The notes under the pieces: generated by a model
The model's database searches: none
What the model saw: only the letters and a program-made list of their open reading frames with translations
Told to the model about the DNA's origin: nothing
Part shown: piece after piece, positions 1 through 10,100 of the stretch
How the letters are laid out: each line of letters opens with the position of its first letter
How positions within the stretch are numbered: position 1 is the stretch's first letter
Position numbers and translations under genes: made by a program
NCBI GenBank assembly: GCA_963822445.1
Contig: CAWGHO010000003.1
Coordinates: forward strand, 320,001-384,000
Length of the DNA: 64,000 bases
Source of the DNA: an uncultured Acidobacteriota bacterium
GTDB taxonomy: Bacteria; Acidobacteriota; Thermoanaerobaculia; Gp7-AA8
Direction of reading: 5' to 3'

Positions 1-1103
1 GCCTCGCTGCGATGAATCAGAGCATCGGAACCGCGCTCCTCCGCACGTTCGTTCCGGACGAGTTCTTCGCGAGCCGGTGGTTCGCGCTCGGCGGCCCGGA
101 GAGTCCGCCGGATTCGCTCTTCAATCAGATCGTCGACATCGTCAACGACGTCGACGAGTTCCTCGCCGAGCGGATGCGCGATGACGAGCTGCGCATCCTG
201 AATCATCTGTTCGCGATGGTCATTCGCGACGAGCAACGCGACACGGGGGGGGTGATTTTCACTCCGGAGGAACGCAGCGCAACGCTGTTTGGCGGGATCC
301 CCATCTCTCAACCGTCGACGACGAACAACGACGATCGGTTTTCGCTGTACGACTTCTGCTGCCGCTTCCGTCGCGTGTTGTGGGAGCTCTACGCCGAGAA
401 CCCGCTGAACGTCCGCTGCGCGGGATTCGAGTGTCCGCCATGCCTCGGCACGCCCGGGCCGACCGGATCCACCGGTCCGGCGAGACCCACCGGTCCCACC
501 GGACCTGCTGTTGGAACAGTTAAGGTCGCAAAGGAGGGGGGATTCGTCACGGAACGCTTCGACGGCAACTTCGAGCAGGACATCACATTTCGCGATGGTC
601 CGGCCTCGCTCGCGATGAGCGACATGTCCAATCTACGTAGCGGCGCGACTTTCAGCACCGGCGGCGGCGGTGCCACCGGCGCTACCGGGATGCCTGAGAC
701 GCGTGCCGACCGCGAGCCGCTCCTCTGCCTCCTGAACGCGCTCATCGACTACATCGTCGACGCGGTCTGCATGAAGCTGCTCCCGCCGTGTCCGGCGTCG
801 CCGTGCGACGACCGCCTCATCCTCGCGTGCGTCACCATCAAGAACGACAAGATCGTCCACATCTGCAACTTCGCCTGCCGCCATTACGCGGGTAGCTTCA
901 ACTCGCTTGCGTACTGGACCTCGGTCGTACCGGTCGTTTCCGCGATCAATTCCGTGGTGCGGAAGATCTGCTGCGCGCCTCATGCGCTGCCGGGCCTCTT
1001 CGGTCTGCGGCGGCGCAAAGGGCGGGTCATCGACAACCCCGGAGCAACGGGAACCACCGACAGCGGCGGCGGGATCGCCACCCCGGTCAACCCCAATCGG
1101 TGA
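1..1103 (+). CDS. eCIS-associated Cys-rich protein with short collagen-like repeat (probably 5'-truncated by the window edge)
   Basis: Frame is open from position 3. Contains G-x-x repeats GTPGPTGSTGPARPTGPTGPA and a Cys-rich segment (CMKLLPPCPASPCDDRLILACVTI...ICNFACRHY). Lies directly upstream of the fibre/TMP/ATPase genes. Confidence 0.55.
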   Translation, partial: LAAMNQSIGTALLRTFVPDEFFASRWFALGGPESPPDSLFNQIVDIVNDVDEFLAERMRDDELRILNHLFAMVIRDEQRDTGGVIFTPEERSATLFGGIPISQPSTTNNDDRFSLYDFCCRFRRVLWELYAENPLNVRCAGFECPPCLGTPGPTGSTGPARPTGPTGPAVGTVKVAKEGGFVTERFDGNFEQDITFRDGPASLAMSDMSNLRSGATFSTGGGGATGATGMPETRADREPLLCLLNALIDYIVDAVCMKLLPPCPASPCDDRLILACVTIKNDKIVHICNFACRHYAGSFNSLAYWTSVVPVVSAINSVVRKICCAPHALPGLFGLRRRKGRVIDNPGATGTTDSGGGIATPVNPNR

Positions 1104-1115
1104 CGCGAGGGAGCC

Positions 1116-2996
1116 ATGTCCGAAGACATCGAACGGGTCAACTACTACCAGCTCCAATACCTCGGCGCCGAGGATTTCAAGGCCGAGCAGGCATACCACC
1201 GCGACATGCGGCGCCGGCACAACGTCGGACATCATCTCCTCGGCATCGTCGCCGGACTGGAGATCCTCGAAGTGCAGAAAGGGAGCGGCAACGGATTCGA
1301 CGTCTACGTGCAGCCGGGCCTCGCCATCGACGGCTTTGGCCGCGAGATCGTCGTCACCGCGCCGTACAAGCTCGACGCCACGGATTTCCGTTCGTTCAAA
1401 GACACCCGCTCCCATGAAGTCTGGATCGCGTATCGCGAGCAGCTCGACACCCCGCCCGGCGCCGGCTACAACGCGTGTGAAGACGAGGATCAGAACAAGC
1501 GCGTGCGGGAGGAGTTCCGCATCGTCATCGATCCGCCGTCGCCGAAACATCCGGCGGTGATCGTCGGCGGAAAACCCGCGGTCGTGAAGAGCGATCCCGC
1601 CGCGGCTACCGCCGCCGTCGTCATCCCCGACGACGAATCCGTCCCGTATCAGGACTTTCCCGATGACCGCGAGCGGTGGCTCATTCGCCTGGGAAGGGCG
1701 ACGTGGAATCCGAGCGGATTCTTCGAGCCCGACGCGAATCTCGACGACGGTCGCGTCTACACCGGCGTCATTGCGGAGAACGTGCTGTCGCCCGCGGCGA
1801 AGCTTTTTCTTCGTCCACGCAATTTCACGGCCGGCAAGGAAGACGATGCCGAGTTCGCCGAGATCCAGGGGCAGCTGCAGGTCGACGGACGCATCGTCGC
1901 GAAGAAGGACGTCCATCTCCACGGCGGCAAGCTCCTGCTGCAAAGAGCCGGCGGTGACGACGACAAAGTTCCGTTCTGGCTGCAGCGCAAGTTCGATCAG
2001 GCGTATGACTTCCGCGTCGACATCGGGCCCGAGAAAGGAACGCAGCGTTTATCGATCGGAACCGACGGCGATGATCCGGCCAAGGCGAAAACGCTTCTGG
2101 CCGTGCGCGCCGACGACAACGTCGACATCGCCACGGGGAAGTTGAATTTCGGCACGGCGCCGCTGCGCCAGATGCTGAATCTCAAGGACGAGGACTACGG
2201 CATCGGCGTGCAAGGCGGCACGCTCTACAACCGAAGCCTCAGTGCCTACGCGTGGTATCGCGGTGGAAAGCACGACGACACGCCCGCGCCGGCGGGCCCC
2301 GGCGGCGCGATGGCCATGGAGCTCACGTCCGCGAACAAACTGAAGGTCTACGGCGCGATCGAAGGCACGAGTCTCAGTGCGCCGAGCGTGCAGACGACCG
2401 ACGTTTACGTCGACGGCGGCAAAGTCCATCTGCGTCTGCCGGGCGGCGTCATCGACACGGACGAGATCTCGATCGGGCGCGTGAACCACGCCGCGAACTT
2501 TAACGAGCTCCGCGTCATCATCGGCGACGAAGCTCTCGGGCTGGACGCGTTCACCGTCGGTCCGATGCAGGGCAACAGTTATGTGACGGCGTTCCGCGTC
2601 GCGAACAACGGCAATGTGTCGATGGGGGGGCACCTCACGCTCGACGCCGGGAAGTTCATCAACATCGGCTCGATGCGCCTGGGCGGGAGCTTTCCGGTGG
2701 ACGTGATCATCGCCCGCTACTTCCTCAACGTTCAGAATGCCTCCGACGTCTTTCCGGCGAACGCGTCTCCGCCGATCACGATCATGTCCCGCATGCCGGT
2801 GGTCTCGTCCGCGTCCGTTCACGTCGCGCTCTCGCACATTTCGAACTCCGGCCAGGCGGTCAATGCCGCCTGGGCCGTGTATCCGACGGCCGTGAGCGTC
2901 AGCGGCAATCAGGTCTCGTTTCGCATCGGCTATTCGGTGACGGATTCCGACGGCTTTCTGCATTACGCGACGGCAATCATCGTGATGGTGCCTTGA
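1116..2996 (+). CDS. eCIS tail-fibre-like protein (baseplate-anchor N-terminus, beta-rich body)
   Basis: N-terminal ERVNYYQLQYLGAEDFKAEQAYHR...GIVAGLEI...VQPGLAIDGFGREIVV matches the RxNY/F..L...DF..EQ.Y module of eCIS fibre proteins. SD GGAG precedes ATG 1116. Confidence 0.7.
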   Translation: MSEDIERVNYYQLQYLGAEDFKAEQAYHRDMRRRHNVGHHLLGIVAGLEILEVQKGSGNGFDVYVQPGLAIDGFGREIVVTAPYKLDATDFRSFKDTRSHEVWIAYREQLDTPPGAGYNACEDEDQNKRVREEFRIVIDPPSPKHPAVIVGGKPAVVKSDPAAATAAVVIPDDESVPYQDFPDDRERWLIRLGRATWNPSGFFEPDANLDDGRVYTGVIAENVLSPAAKLFLRPRNFTAGKEDDAEFAEIQGQLQVDGRIVAKKDVHLHGGKLLLQRAGGDDDKVPFWLQRKFDQAYDFRVDIGPEKGTQRLSIGTDGDDPAKAKTLLAVRADDNVDIATGKLNFGTAPLRQMLNLKDEDYGIGVQGGTLYNRSLSAYAWYRGGKHDDTPAPAGPGGAMAMELTSANKLKVYGAIEGTSLSAPSVQTTDVYVDGGKVHLRLPGGVIDTDEISIGRVNHAANFNELRVIIGDEALGLDAFTVGPMQGNSYVTAFRVANNGNVSMGGHLTLDAGKFINIGSMRLGGSFPVDVIIARYFLNVQNASDVFPANASPPITIMSRMPVVSSASVHVALSHISNSGQAVNAAWAVYPTAVSVSGNQVSFRIGYSVTDSDGFLHYATAIIVMVP

Positions 2997-3006
2997 GGAG
3001 GCGGAC

Positions 3007-3297
3007 ATGTGGGTCCTGCAAAACGACGTGCTGATGGAGCTTCCGGACGACGTCCCGATGCCCCCGAACGGCAAGAAGGTCGACGTGCCCGCGGACTTCC
3101 TGGTCTCGCCGCGGGACTACAAGATCAAGAACGGCGCGCTGCTCCATGAACCGCAGACGCTCGTCGTCGCGCTCTTACCGCAACTCACCTCGAACGAGAT
3201 CCAGTTCATCAAGGAGCTCGCGGCGAAGAATGCGCCCGCGCCGGCGCCAGTAGAGGACAGCGCGCGCAAACCGGGCCGCCGCAAGGAGAAGAAATGA
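3007..3297 (+). CDS. small hypothetical protein, possible fibre-associated chaperone
   Basis: SD GAGGAGG, host-like codon usage, and a stop that overlaps the next ATG (ATGA). Confidence 0.6.
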   Translation: MWVLQNDVLMELPDDVPMPPNGKKVDVPADFLVSPRDYKIKNGALLHEPQTLVVALLPQLTSNEIQFIKELAAKNAPAPAPVEDSARKPGRRKEKK

Positions 3298-3476
3298 TCG
3301 AAGCACGGCTGCAGGAGCTACGCGGCGAATGGGAGAAGGGAGCGCGCCAGCTCGAGCTGCTCGACCGCCAGCGCGGCGAGCTCCGCGAGACGCTGCTGCG
3401 CATCGAGGGAGCGATTCAGGTGCTCGAAGAGCTCTCGCGCGCGGAGACGCGGCCGGCGCTCGCACAGATCTCGTGA
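3294..3476 (+). CDS. small coiled-coil protein of eCIS loci
   Basis: 60 aa with heptad pattern RLQELRGEWEKG...LRETLLRIEGAIQVLEEL; translationally coupled to the upstream gene. Confidence 0.65.
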   Translation: MIEARLQELRGEWEKGARQLELLDRQRGELRETLLRIEGAIQVLEELSRAETRPALAQIS

Positions 3477-3483
3477 GGCGCGC

Positions 3484-4944
3484 ATGGCCGCCGCCGATCG
3501 GATGACGTTCGGGCGCGCGGAGACGACGTACTTCGTCCCGCGCGATCGCGTTTTCGAGTTGCGCGCGCGCGGCGAGACGGCGTGGCGAGCGCACCTCGGC
3601 AGCGCACTCGAAGCCGTCCTCGCTCCGATCCTGCCACGCGACGATCCGCGCGTGTGGGTCATCCGCAATCTCGACGTCGATTTCACGTTTCCCGCGGAAG
3701 TCGACGACCCTCGCGCGCTCGCATACGCGTGGGCAAGGGAGATCGCGCGGAGCCTCGCCTGCGCGATTCGCGACGGCGAGGGCGTGACGCATTTCGCGAG
3801 CCGCGCGGCGTTTCTCGCGCAGTTCGCCGCCGACGTCGCCGCAGGCCGCGACACCGGGTGCTGGTATTACGAATCGTTCGCGTCGCTCCGCGCGCTGCCG
3901 CGCAGCGCGGTGATCCGCGAGGCGATCGTGCGCGAGCCGGAGGAAGCGGCGGCCGTGCTTTTCGAGCTGGCGCGCACGCAGCGGCTCGAACCGGTGCTCC
4001 GAGTGCTTCACGAGAACAGCGCGCGCCTGATCGCCGACGCCGCGTTTCCTGCTTCCGACGCGAACGTCGCACCGTCGCCGCGCATGATCGAGAGCCTCCT
4101 CGCGCTCGCCGACGGGCTCGCGGAACGCGCGCCCGACGGTTCGTTCGCGAGCGCGCACAACGCGATCCGTCTCTGCGTCGCGCTGAGCGCGACGTCGCCG
4201 TCGCTTGCGCTCGTCGACGTTCGCACGCACGTGGACCGCGTCCTCGCGTTCACGGCGATTCTCGCGGCGAGCGCGGAGCCGTGGAGCGTCGTCGAGGCGC
4301 TCATCGACGGGGATGCGACGGCGGCGCTCGCGATGAGCGTGGCGGACGGACGCCTGCCCGACGTCGCGACGATCGAATTCTTCACGCGCCTCGCCGCCAC
4401 GCGTCCGGACGTCGTCACCTGCGCCGCGGGAACGCTCGCCCCGTCGCCGGCTGGCGAACTGCGATCGGAAAAACGCGTCGCCAGTGCGTTCGCCGGCCTT
4501 GCGCTGCTGCTCCAGCCGCTCGCCGAGCTGGAGATCGAAGACGATCGCGAGCTGCGGCGGCGCATCGCGGCGCAGTGCGCGATTGGCGTGCATCCCGCCG
4601 AGGTGCTCGGCGATGCGATCGTGGAGCTCTTTGCGGGGCCTCGCCGTGATGAAGAGGAGGAGCCCGTCGTTTCCGAAGAGCGAGTCGTCGAGCTCGCGCA
4701 CGAGGTGATGACGAGGTTCGCATCGCGTCTTTTCGGCTTCGCCGGCAGCAGCGGTGAATTCCTCTACGCGAATTTCATCGAGGGTCGCGGCGCGCTGCGC
4801 GAAGACGAGGGGACGATCGTCGTCGAGCTTCCGCAGGTCCCGCTCGAGATCATTCTCCACCTCGCCGGCGTCCACGGCCGCCGATTCCCGCTGCCGTGGC
4901 TTCCCGATCGCACGATCGAGCTGCGCCTCGGAGGCGCCGCATGA
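3484..4944 (+). CDS. contractile injection system tape-measure-like protein (Afp14/Pvc14-like)
   Basis: N-terminal VWVIRNLDVDF and C-terminal AGLALL...LYANFIEGRG...PLEIILHLAG...LPWL are typical of CIS tape-measure proteins. Sits immediately before the ATPase. Confidence 0.7.
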   Translation: MAAADRMTFGRAETTYFVPRDRVFELRARGETAWRAHLGSALEAVLAPILPRDDPRVWVIRNLDVDFTFPAEVDDPRALAYAWAREIARSLACAIRDGEGVTHFASRAAFLAQFAADVAAGRDTGCWYYESFASLRALPRSAVIREAIVREPEEAAAVLFELARTQRLEPVLRVLHENSARLIADAAFPASDANVAPSPRMIESLLALADGLAERAPDGSFASAHNAIRLCVALSATSPSLALVDVRTHVDRVLAFTAILAASAEPWSVVEALIDGDATAALAMSVADGRLPDVATIEFFTRLAATRPDVVTCAAGTLAPSPAGELRSEKRVASAFAGLALLLQPLAELEIEDDRELRRRIAAQCAIGVHPAEVLGDAIVELFAGPRRDEEEEPVVSEERVVELAHEVMTRFASRLFGFAGSSGEFLYANFIEGRGALREDEGTIVVELPQVPLEIILHLAGVHGRRFPLPWLPDRTIELRLGGAA

Positions 4945-6989
4945 CGCTGCACCCGGTCGAGCCGAAAGCGATCGACGATGCGCGCGCGCAGTTTTGTTCC
5001 GCGCTGTCCCTGCTCGATCTGTTGCTCGCGCGCCACGTGCTTCGCCTGCGCGCCGCGCAACTGCTCGACGAGACAGATTTCCGCGGCCTCTACATCGCCG
5101 ACGGGCACGTCGACGCGCTACTCCGTTCCACGGGCCGTCTTGCCGAAGACGATGCCGGCGCGGCCGCGCTCACGGCGCGCATCGACGCCCTACGCGGCGA
5201 AGCGTTTCCGGTGCCGCTCGGACTCTCCCGATTCGAATATGAGCTGCTCGTCGTCGCCGCCGCGCCCGACGCCGACCTTCGCTATCAAACGCTGTTCGCG
5301 TACGCGCAGAACGACGTCACGCGCAAGCTTCCGACGGTCTCCCTCACGTTGCAGCTCCTCTGCGACGATGCCGATGAGCGTTTCGAGCGACGGCGCGCGT
5401 TCGCGGCTGGTGCGCCGCTCTTCCGCGACCGTCTAATCCGATTTACGGACGAGATCGAGGTGCCGCTTCTCGCGCAGTCGCTGCGCGCCGATACGCGCGT
5501 GGTCGATTTCCTCCTCGGCATCGACAACCTCGACGTGCGCCTGGCCGTTTGCACGCGGCGCGTCGTTCCACGGTCGAGCTTCCGCGACCTGCACCTCGAC
5601 GACGCGACTCGCGCGCGGATCGCGAATCTGATCCCGCAACTCGACGGATCCGCCGTGATCGCGCTGGAAGGTGTCGAAGGCTCGGGTCGTAAACGGATCG
5701 CGGAAGCGATCGCCGCGCAGCTCGGCCTGCGGCTGGCGGTCTTCGATGCGGCGCAGCCGATGCCGCCGGACGCACTAGCGCTTCTGCGACGCGAAGCGCT
5801 GCTCAGCGGCGACGCTGTGGTCATCGATCATCACGAGCGCATCGCGGCCGAAACGCTGCCGGCGTTTCCCGCTCCGCTGTTTCTGGTCACGACGGAGAAC
5901 CGTCGCACCGACGCCTTCACGATCGCGGTCCCGCTTCCTGATGCCGCGAGCCGCACGCTCATCTGGATGGACGCGCTTCGCGGCGATGCGGCGCCGGCCG
6001 ATGCCGAGCCGGTCGCGCAGAAATTCGCGCTCACGCCGCGGCAGATTCACGGAGCGGTCGCCGCCGCTCGCGCGAGCGCGGCGCTTCGTGCGCCCGGCCA
6101 GCGCGCGCTCACCGCGGACGATCTGCACGCCGGCGCGCGCTCGCAGTCGAGCGACGCGTTGCGCAAGCTCGCGTCGCGTGTGGAATTGAAGTACGAGTGG
6201 GACGACGTCGTGCTCCCGGCGCGTGCAATCCGGCAGCTCCGCGACGTCTGCCGCGCGATCGAGCTCCGCCACGTCGTGCACGGTGAGTGGGGCCTTGCGC
6301 GCCGCATCAGCGGCACGGGTGTGTCCGTGCTCTTCACCGGCGCGAGCGGCACGGGGAAGACGATGTCCGCGTCGATCCTCGCGCGCGAGCTCGGGCTGGA
6401 GATGTTCCGCATCGACTTGTCGGCCGTGGTCAGTAAATACATCGGCGAGACGGAGAAGAACCTCGAACGGATCTTCACCGCCGCGCAGAACAGCAACGCG
6501 GTGCTGTTCTTCGACGAAGCGGACGCGCTGTTCGGCAGGCGCTCGGAGGTGAAGGACGCGCACGATCGCTACGCGAACATCGAGACCGCATACCTCCTGC
6601 AGCGCATGGAGTGCTACGACGGCATCGTCATCCTGGCCACGAACCTCGGCCGCAACATCGACGAGGCATTCGCGCGCCGGATGTTCGACACGATCGAATT
6701 TCCCTTTCCCGACGCCGCGCACCGGCAGCGCATCTGGAGCGCCCTGCTCGCCGCCGGCGCGCCTGTCGCAAGCGACGCCGACGCGGCGTTTCTCGCGCGC
6801 CGCTTCGAGCTCTCCGGCGGCAACATCCGCAACATCGTCATCGCCGCCGCCTTCACGGCCGCCGCCGCGAAGACGCCGATCACCATGCGCGGCCTCATCC
6901 TCGCGACCGCGCGCGAGCTGCAGAAGATCGGCCGCCTGCCGTCGCGGGAGGATTTCGGCGAGTTTTACGACTCGATTCGTGAACCGTGA
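4941..6989 (+). CDS. eCIS AAA+ ATPase (Afp15/Pvc15-like)
   Basis: Walker A GASGTGKT, IDLSAVVSKYIGETEKNL, Walker B LFFDEADALFGRRSEV, and DRYANIETAYLLQRME; degenerate first AAA module GVEGSGRK. Start taken at ATG 4941 (ATGA overlap). Confidence 0.9.
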   Translation: MTLHPVEPKAIDDARAQFCSALSLLDLLLARHVLRLRAAQLLDETDFRGLYIADGHVDALLRSTGRLAEDDAGAAALTARIDALRGEAFPVPLGLSRFEYELLVVAAAPDADLRYQTLFAYAQNDVTRKLPTVSLTLQLLCDDADERFERRRAFAAGAPLFRDRLIRFTDEIEVPLLAQSLRADTRVVDFLLGIDNLDVRLAVCTRRVVPRSSFRDLHLDDATRARIANLIPQLDGSAVIALEGVEGSGRKRIAEAIAAQLGLRLAVFDAAQPMPPDALALLRREALLSGDAVVIDHHERIAAETLPAFPAPLFLVTTENRRTDAFTIAVPLPDAASRTLIWMDALRGDAAPADAEPVAQKFALTPRQIHGAVAAARASAALRAPGQRALTADDLHAGARSQSSDALRKLASRVELKYEWDDVVLPARAIRQLRDVCRAIELRHVVHGEWGLARRISGTGVSVLFTGASGTGKTMSASILARELGLEMFRIDLSAVVSKYIGETEKNLERIFTAAQNSNAVLFFDEADALFGRRSEVKDAHDRYANIETAYLLQRMECYDGIVILATNLGRNIDEAFARRMFDTIEFPFPDAAHRQRIWSALLAAGAPVASDADAAFLARRFELSGGNIRNIVIAAAFTAAAAKTPITMRGLILATARELQKIGRLPSREDFGEFYDSIREP

Positions 6990-8980
6990 AAACCGCGGCC
7001 ACAAAGCAGAAGCCGGATCACGCGGAGGCCGCGCGAGCCCCCGCGAAGAGCCCGTTCGAGCAGACGCGCGTCGAATCGCTCGTCGGCAACTTCGCGATGC
7101 AGCGCGCCGTCCAGGCGAGTCTCTCGGTAGGCGGTGGCGGCGACAAGTTTGAAGAGGAAGCCGATCGCGTCGCGGAAACCGCGGCAGGTCCGGCACCCGA
7201 AATCGAGCGCCGGGAAGACGAGGAGCTTCGCGTTCAGACGAAGCGCGACGCGGGAGCAGCGGCGCCGAAGGCGACCGAATCAGTCGAGCGCTTCCTCGGC
7301 GGAGCTCGCGGCGGCGGCACATCGCTGCCGGCATCGATGCGCACACTCGCGGAGTCGCGGCTGCGTCATGATTTCAGCAACGTGCGCGTACACACGGACG
7401 CGAACGCCGCCAGTGCGGCGCGCTCATTCGGCGCTGAGGCATTCACATATGGGAGCGATATCTACTTCGCGCGCGGCCGGTATCAACCCACATCGGTCGC
7501 GGGACAAAAACTCCTGGCGCATGAGCTGACGCATGTCGTGCAGCAGGGAGCGGCGGCGCCGGCCCTTCAACGGAAGGCTGCGAATGATCACGACGAAGTG
7601 GAGGCCGATCCCGACGAGGGAGGCGCTGCAGCAAGCGGACAGGAAGGCGTGACGATCAACAGGCCGGGCGTCATGGCGTGCACTCCGGCGTCACCGGAGA
7701 CTCAGTATCTGCGGAAGATACCGTCGCCGGAAGCAGGCACCAACGTCATCGAGACGCTCTCGTTCAACCAACGAGTACTGGTGGAGCAACGAGGCGGCGC
7801 CGGGAACGCCTGGTATCAGATCTTCGTCGGTGCCGGACAACACGGCTGGGTGCCGGCCGCCTCCGTCGCGCTGGATCCGCCGGAGCCGAATGCAATTCTG
7901 TATCGCGTTCAACCCGGCGATACACCGATGGGTCTCGTCGGCGCCTGGTATTGGGACGGTCGCTGGGGGAATTGGATCGGCACGGATGCGCCGGGCGGCG
8001 ACGCGCGGTTCTATGTGGGCGCACTCGCCTATGCCAACAAGGGTCGCGCGGGCATGCTCAGTCCCGAAGCTCTCACGGAACGGCCGGCGTGGAAGAGCGT
8101 GACGCTGACTGCCGGCCACACGATCTGGCGGCCGAGCAAGGCGTTTCTGCAAACGCTCCGAGGAAAGATCAGTTCCGGATCGATTACCACCGAGGTCTGG
8201 GAGGCAGTGAAGGTCGTCGCGATCTACATGGCGGGCTTCGTCGCCGGCATTCTCTATGGCGCGTACGAAGCGATCGAGGATCTGCTGACGGGCGTCGTCG
8301 GCCTGATCAAGATGCTCTGGGACATCGTGAAGAGCGTGATCGAGGGAACGATCCTCAGCGACGCCGCTGCGTGGTGGGAACAGCTCAAGAAACTCAAGAT
8401 CTCCGATCTGGAAACGTGGTTCCTCAGCAAATGGAACGCCGCCGACCCATGGGACCAGGCGTTTTTCCGCGGACGGGTGGTCGGGTACGTCATCATGGAA
8501 ATTCTCATGGCGTTGTTCTCGGGGGCAATCCTGAACGCCATCAAATGGGTCGGCAAGTTTGCAAAGATCGGTGCGCTCATCGCCAAACTGCCGGGGATCG
8601 TCAAGGGAATCGAGACGGCGCAAAAAGCCCTGAAGCTGCCGGAGAAGATCATCAAGGAGGTGAAAGCCGCTCGCGCAGCGAAAGCCGCGGCCAAAGAAAA
8701 GAAGGCGGCAGAAGCGGCGGCGAAGGCGACCCGAATACGGGCCAGCACGATGCATCACGTTTTCAGTCAGAAGAGGCACAAGTTGGATGATCTCGTGACA
8801 CTCTTCGGCTCTGAAGACAAAGCGTTCGACGCAGTTCAGAAAGCGACCAACGCCGCCGTTAAATCTCAGCGGATCGATGGGGTATTCGAGGTCGCCGTCA
8901 AGGTAGGAACAGAAGCGATCACGGTGCGCGGGAGCGTCATCGATGGCATCGTGAGGATTTCGACATTCTTCAAGCCATGA
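6986..8980 (+). CDS. DUF4157 (eCIS core) protein with SH3-like, LysM-like and hydrophobic segments and a C-terminal polymorphic toxin domain
   Basis: DFSNVRVHTD...AFTYGSDIYF...LLAHELTHVVQQ (DUF4157, HExxH); YLRKIPS...WYQI...GWV (SH3b-like); YRVQPGDT (LysM-like); C-terminal HHVFSQKRHKL...ITVRGSVIDGIVRISTFF resembles small RNase-type toxin tips. Confidence 0.85.
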   Translation: MKTAATKQKPDHAEAARAPAKSPFEQTRVESLVGNFAMQRAVQASLSVGGGGDKFEEEADRVAETAAGPAPEIERREDEELRVQTKRDAGAAAPKATESVERFLGGARGGGTSLPASMRTLAESRLRHDFSNVRVHTDANAASAARSFGAEAFTYGSDIYFARGRYQPTSVAGQKLLAHELTHVVQQGAAAPALQRKAANDHDEVEADPDEGGAAASGQEGVTINRPGVMACTPASPETQYLRKIPSPEAGTNVIETLSFNQRVLVEQRGGAGNAWYQIFVGAGQHGWVPAASVALDPPEPNAILYRVQPGDTPMGLVGAWYWDGRWGNWIGTDAPGGDARFYVGALAYANKGRAGMLSPEALTERPAWKSVTLTAGHTIWRPSKAFLQTLRGKISSGSITTEVWEAVKVVAIYMAGFVAGILYGAYEAIEDLLTGVVGLIKMLWDIVKSVIEGTILSDAAAWWEQLKKLKISDLETWFLSKWNAADPWDQAFFRGRVVGYVIMEILMALFSGAILNAIKWVGKFAKIGALIAKLPGIVKGIETAQKALKLPEKIIKEVKAARAAKAAAKEKKAAEAAAKATRIRASTMHHVFSQKRHKLDDLVTLFGSEDKAFDAVQKATNAAVKSQRIDGVFEVAVKVGTEAITVRGSVIDGIVRISTFFKP

Positions 8981-9372
8981 AAACTCTAACGGACTTCGAA
9001 ATGGCGGTACTCAGGAAGCTCCTGAGTGGAGACCATCACGTGCTGGCAATCCTGCGACAGCAACTGGAGGTTTGCCGCGTCAGCAAAAGAGAGACGACCG
9101 GAGTGGGAGTCTACGTCGAGCTCGATGCGAGTGCTCATCCTGGAGCGAGGCTCGCTTTGGATCTGAAATTCGGCGACGTCATTGCCGAAATCGAAGGGCT
9201 CGAGCACGGCGCGGGCTTCTTGCTCTACGTCGAGGCTGGCCTCATGGTCATGTTGGAAGGCTATACCTTTGGTGAGACCTGGCCCGAGCGAGTCGATCGT
9301 TACGAGCTCCGTTACGTGAACGAAGGAAACAGGGATCGCGCGATTGCCAAACTCCTCGGCGACTGCAGCTGA
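8977..9372 (+). CDS. putative immunity protein for the upstream toxin tip
   Basis: ATGA overlap with the toxin gene. RETTGVGVY...GDVIAEIEGLEHGAGFLLYV..G...LEGYTFGETWP pattern resembles small proteins found after polymorphic toxins. Confidence 0.7.
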   Translation: MKTLTDFEMAVLRKLLSGDHHVLAILRQQLEVCRVSKRETTGVGVYVELDASAHPGARLALDLKFGDVIAEIEGLEHGAGFLLYVEAGLMVMLEGYTFGETWPERVDRYELRYVNEGNRDRAIAKLLGDCS

Positions 9373-9609
9373 AGAAACGAGAGGAGCCCTGATCAACGCG
9401 CATTCGCGCGAAGGAAAACGGGGGACCTCGGAAATGCGGCGAATCGGGCGCTGCGGCACGCACGCATCATGGCGATCCTTTCGCAGCCCTGCAGCGTAAC
9501 GTCGGCAATCAGGCGATTCAGCGGTGGGGCAGGAAGGTGGAGGGAACGCCCGACAACGTCGACGAGATCGTTCAGCGGAAGGGACCCGAGCCCGGAGCGC
9601 TGCAGCCGT

Positions 9610-10063
9610 CTACCCAGGCTCCGTCCCCGTCGCCGCCCCCGTCGCCCACTCCCGCCCCGCCGCCGGCCCCCACCCAGGCCGCGACGAGCGCGACGAGCGG
9701 CTCATCGAGAAACGCGTCCGCGCGAAACCAGCCGCTTTCCAGAGGTCCGCGCCGCGCACTGACGCGCGAAACATCGGCCGGGCATCCGATGCGAGGACCG
9801 GTCCGCGCGCGAGAAGCTCGTTCTCCGATGCCGCCGGCTCGGCGTCGCCGAGGTGGCCGTCGGAACGGCGCATGCGCGTAGAACAGATCGCACTCCGGTC
9901 ATCGAACGCCGCGTGGATGCGAGCGATCGCATCGGGAGCGATGATGTCGGTGGGATCGAATTCGATTTCGCTCGTGACCAAGGCGAATTCGCGATCGTCC
10001 TGATGCCGCAGCGACTCCAGCAAATCGTCGCATTGCGCGTCCGCGCTCACCACGATTTTGATC
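9610..10063 (-). pseudogene. 3' part of decayed GT2-TPR-GT2 glycosyltransferase (second GT2 domain)
   Basis: Removing the IS plus one target copy joins ...APRGRIK|IVVSADAQCDDLLESLRHQDDREF..., a GT2 N-terminal pattern; the sequence degenerates further downstream. Confidence 0.55.
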
Positions 10064-10100
10064 GGTAGTGGGTCAATTTGATAGTTATATTGAGTGATAG

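Noticed and set aside
1-9372. Prophage tail region or T6SS
   Set aside because: The ATPase, tape-measure and DUF4157 combination fits eCIS; no capsid, terminase or T6SS membrane-complex genes are visible.
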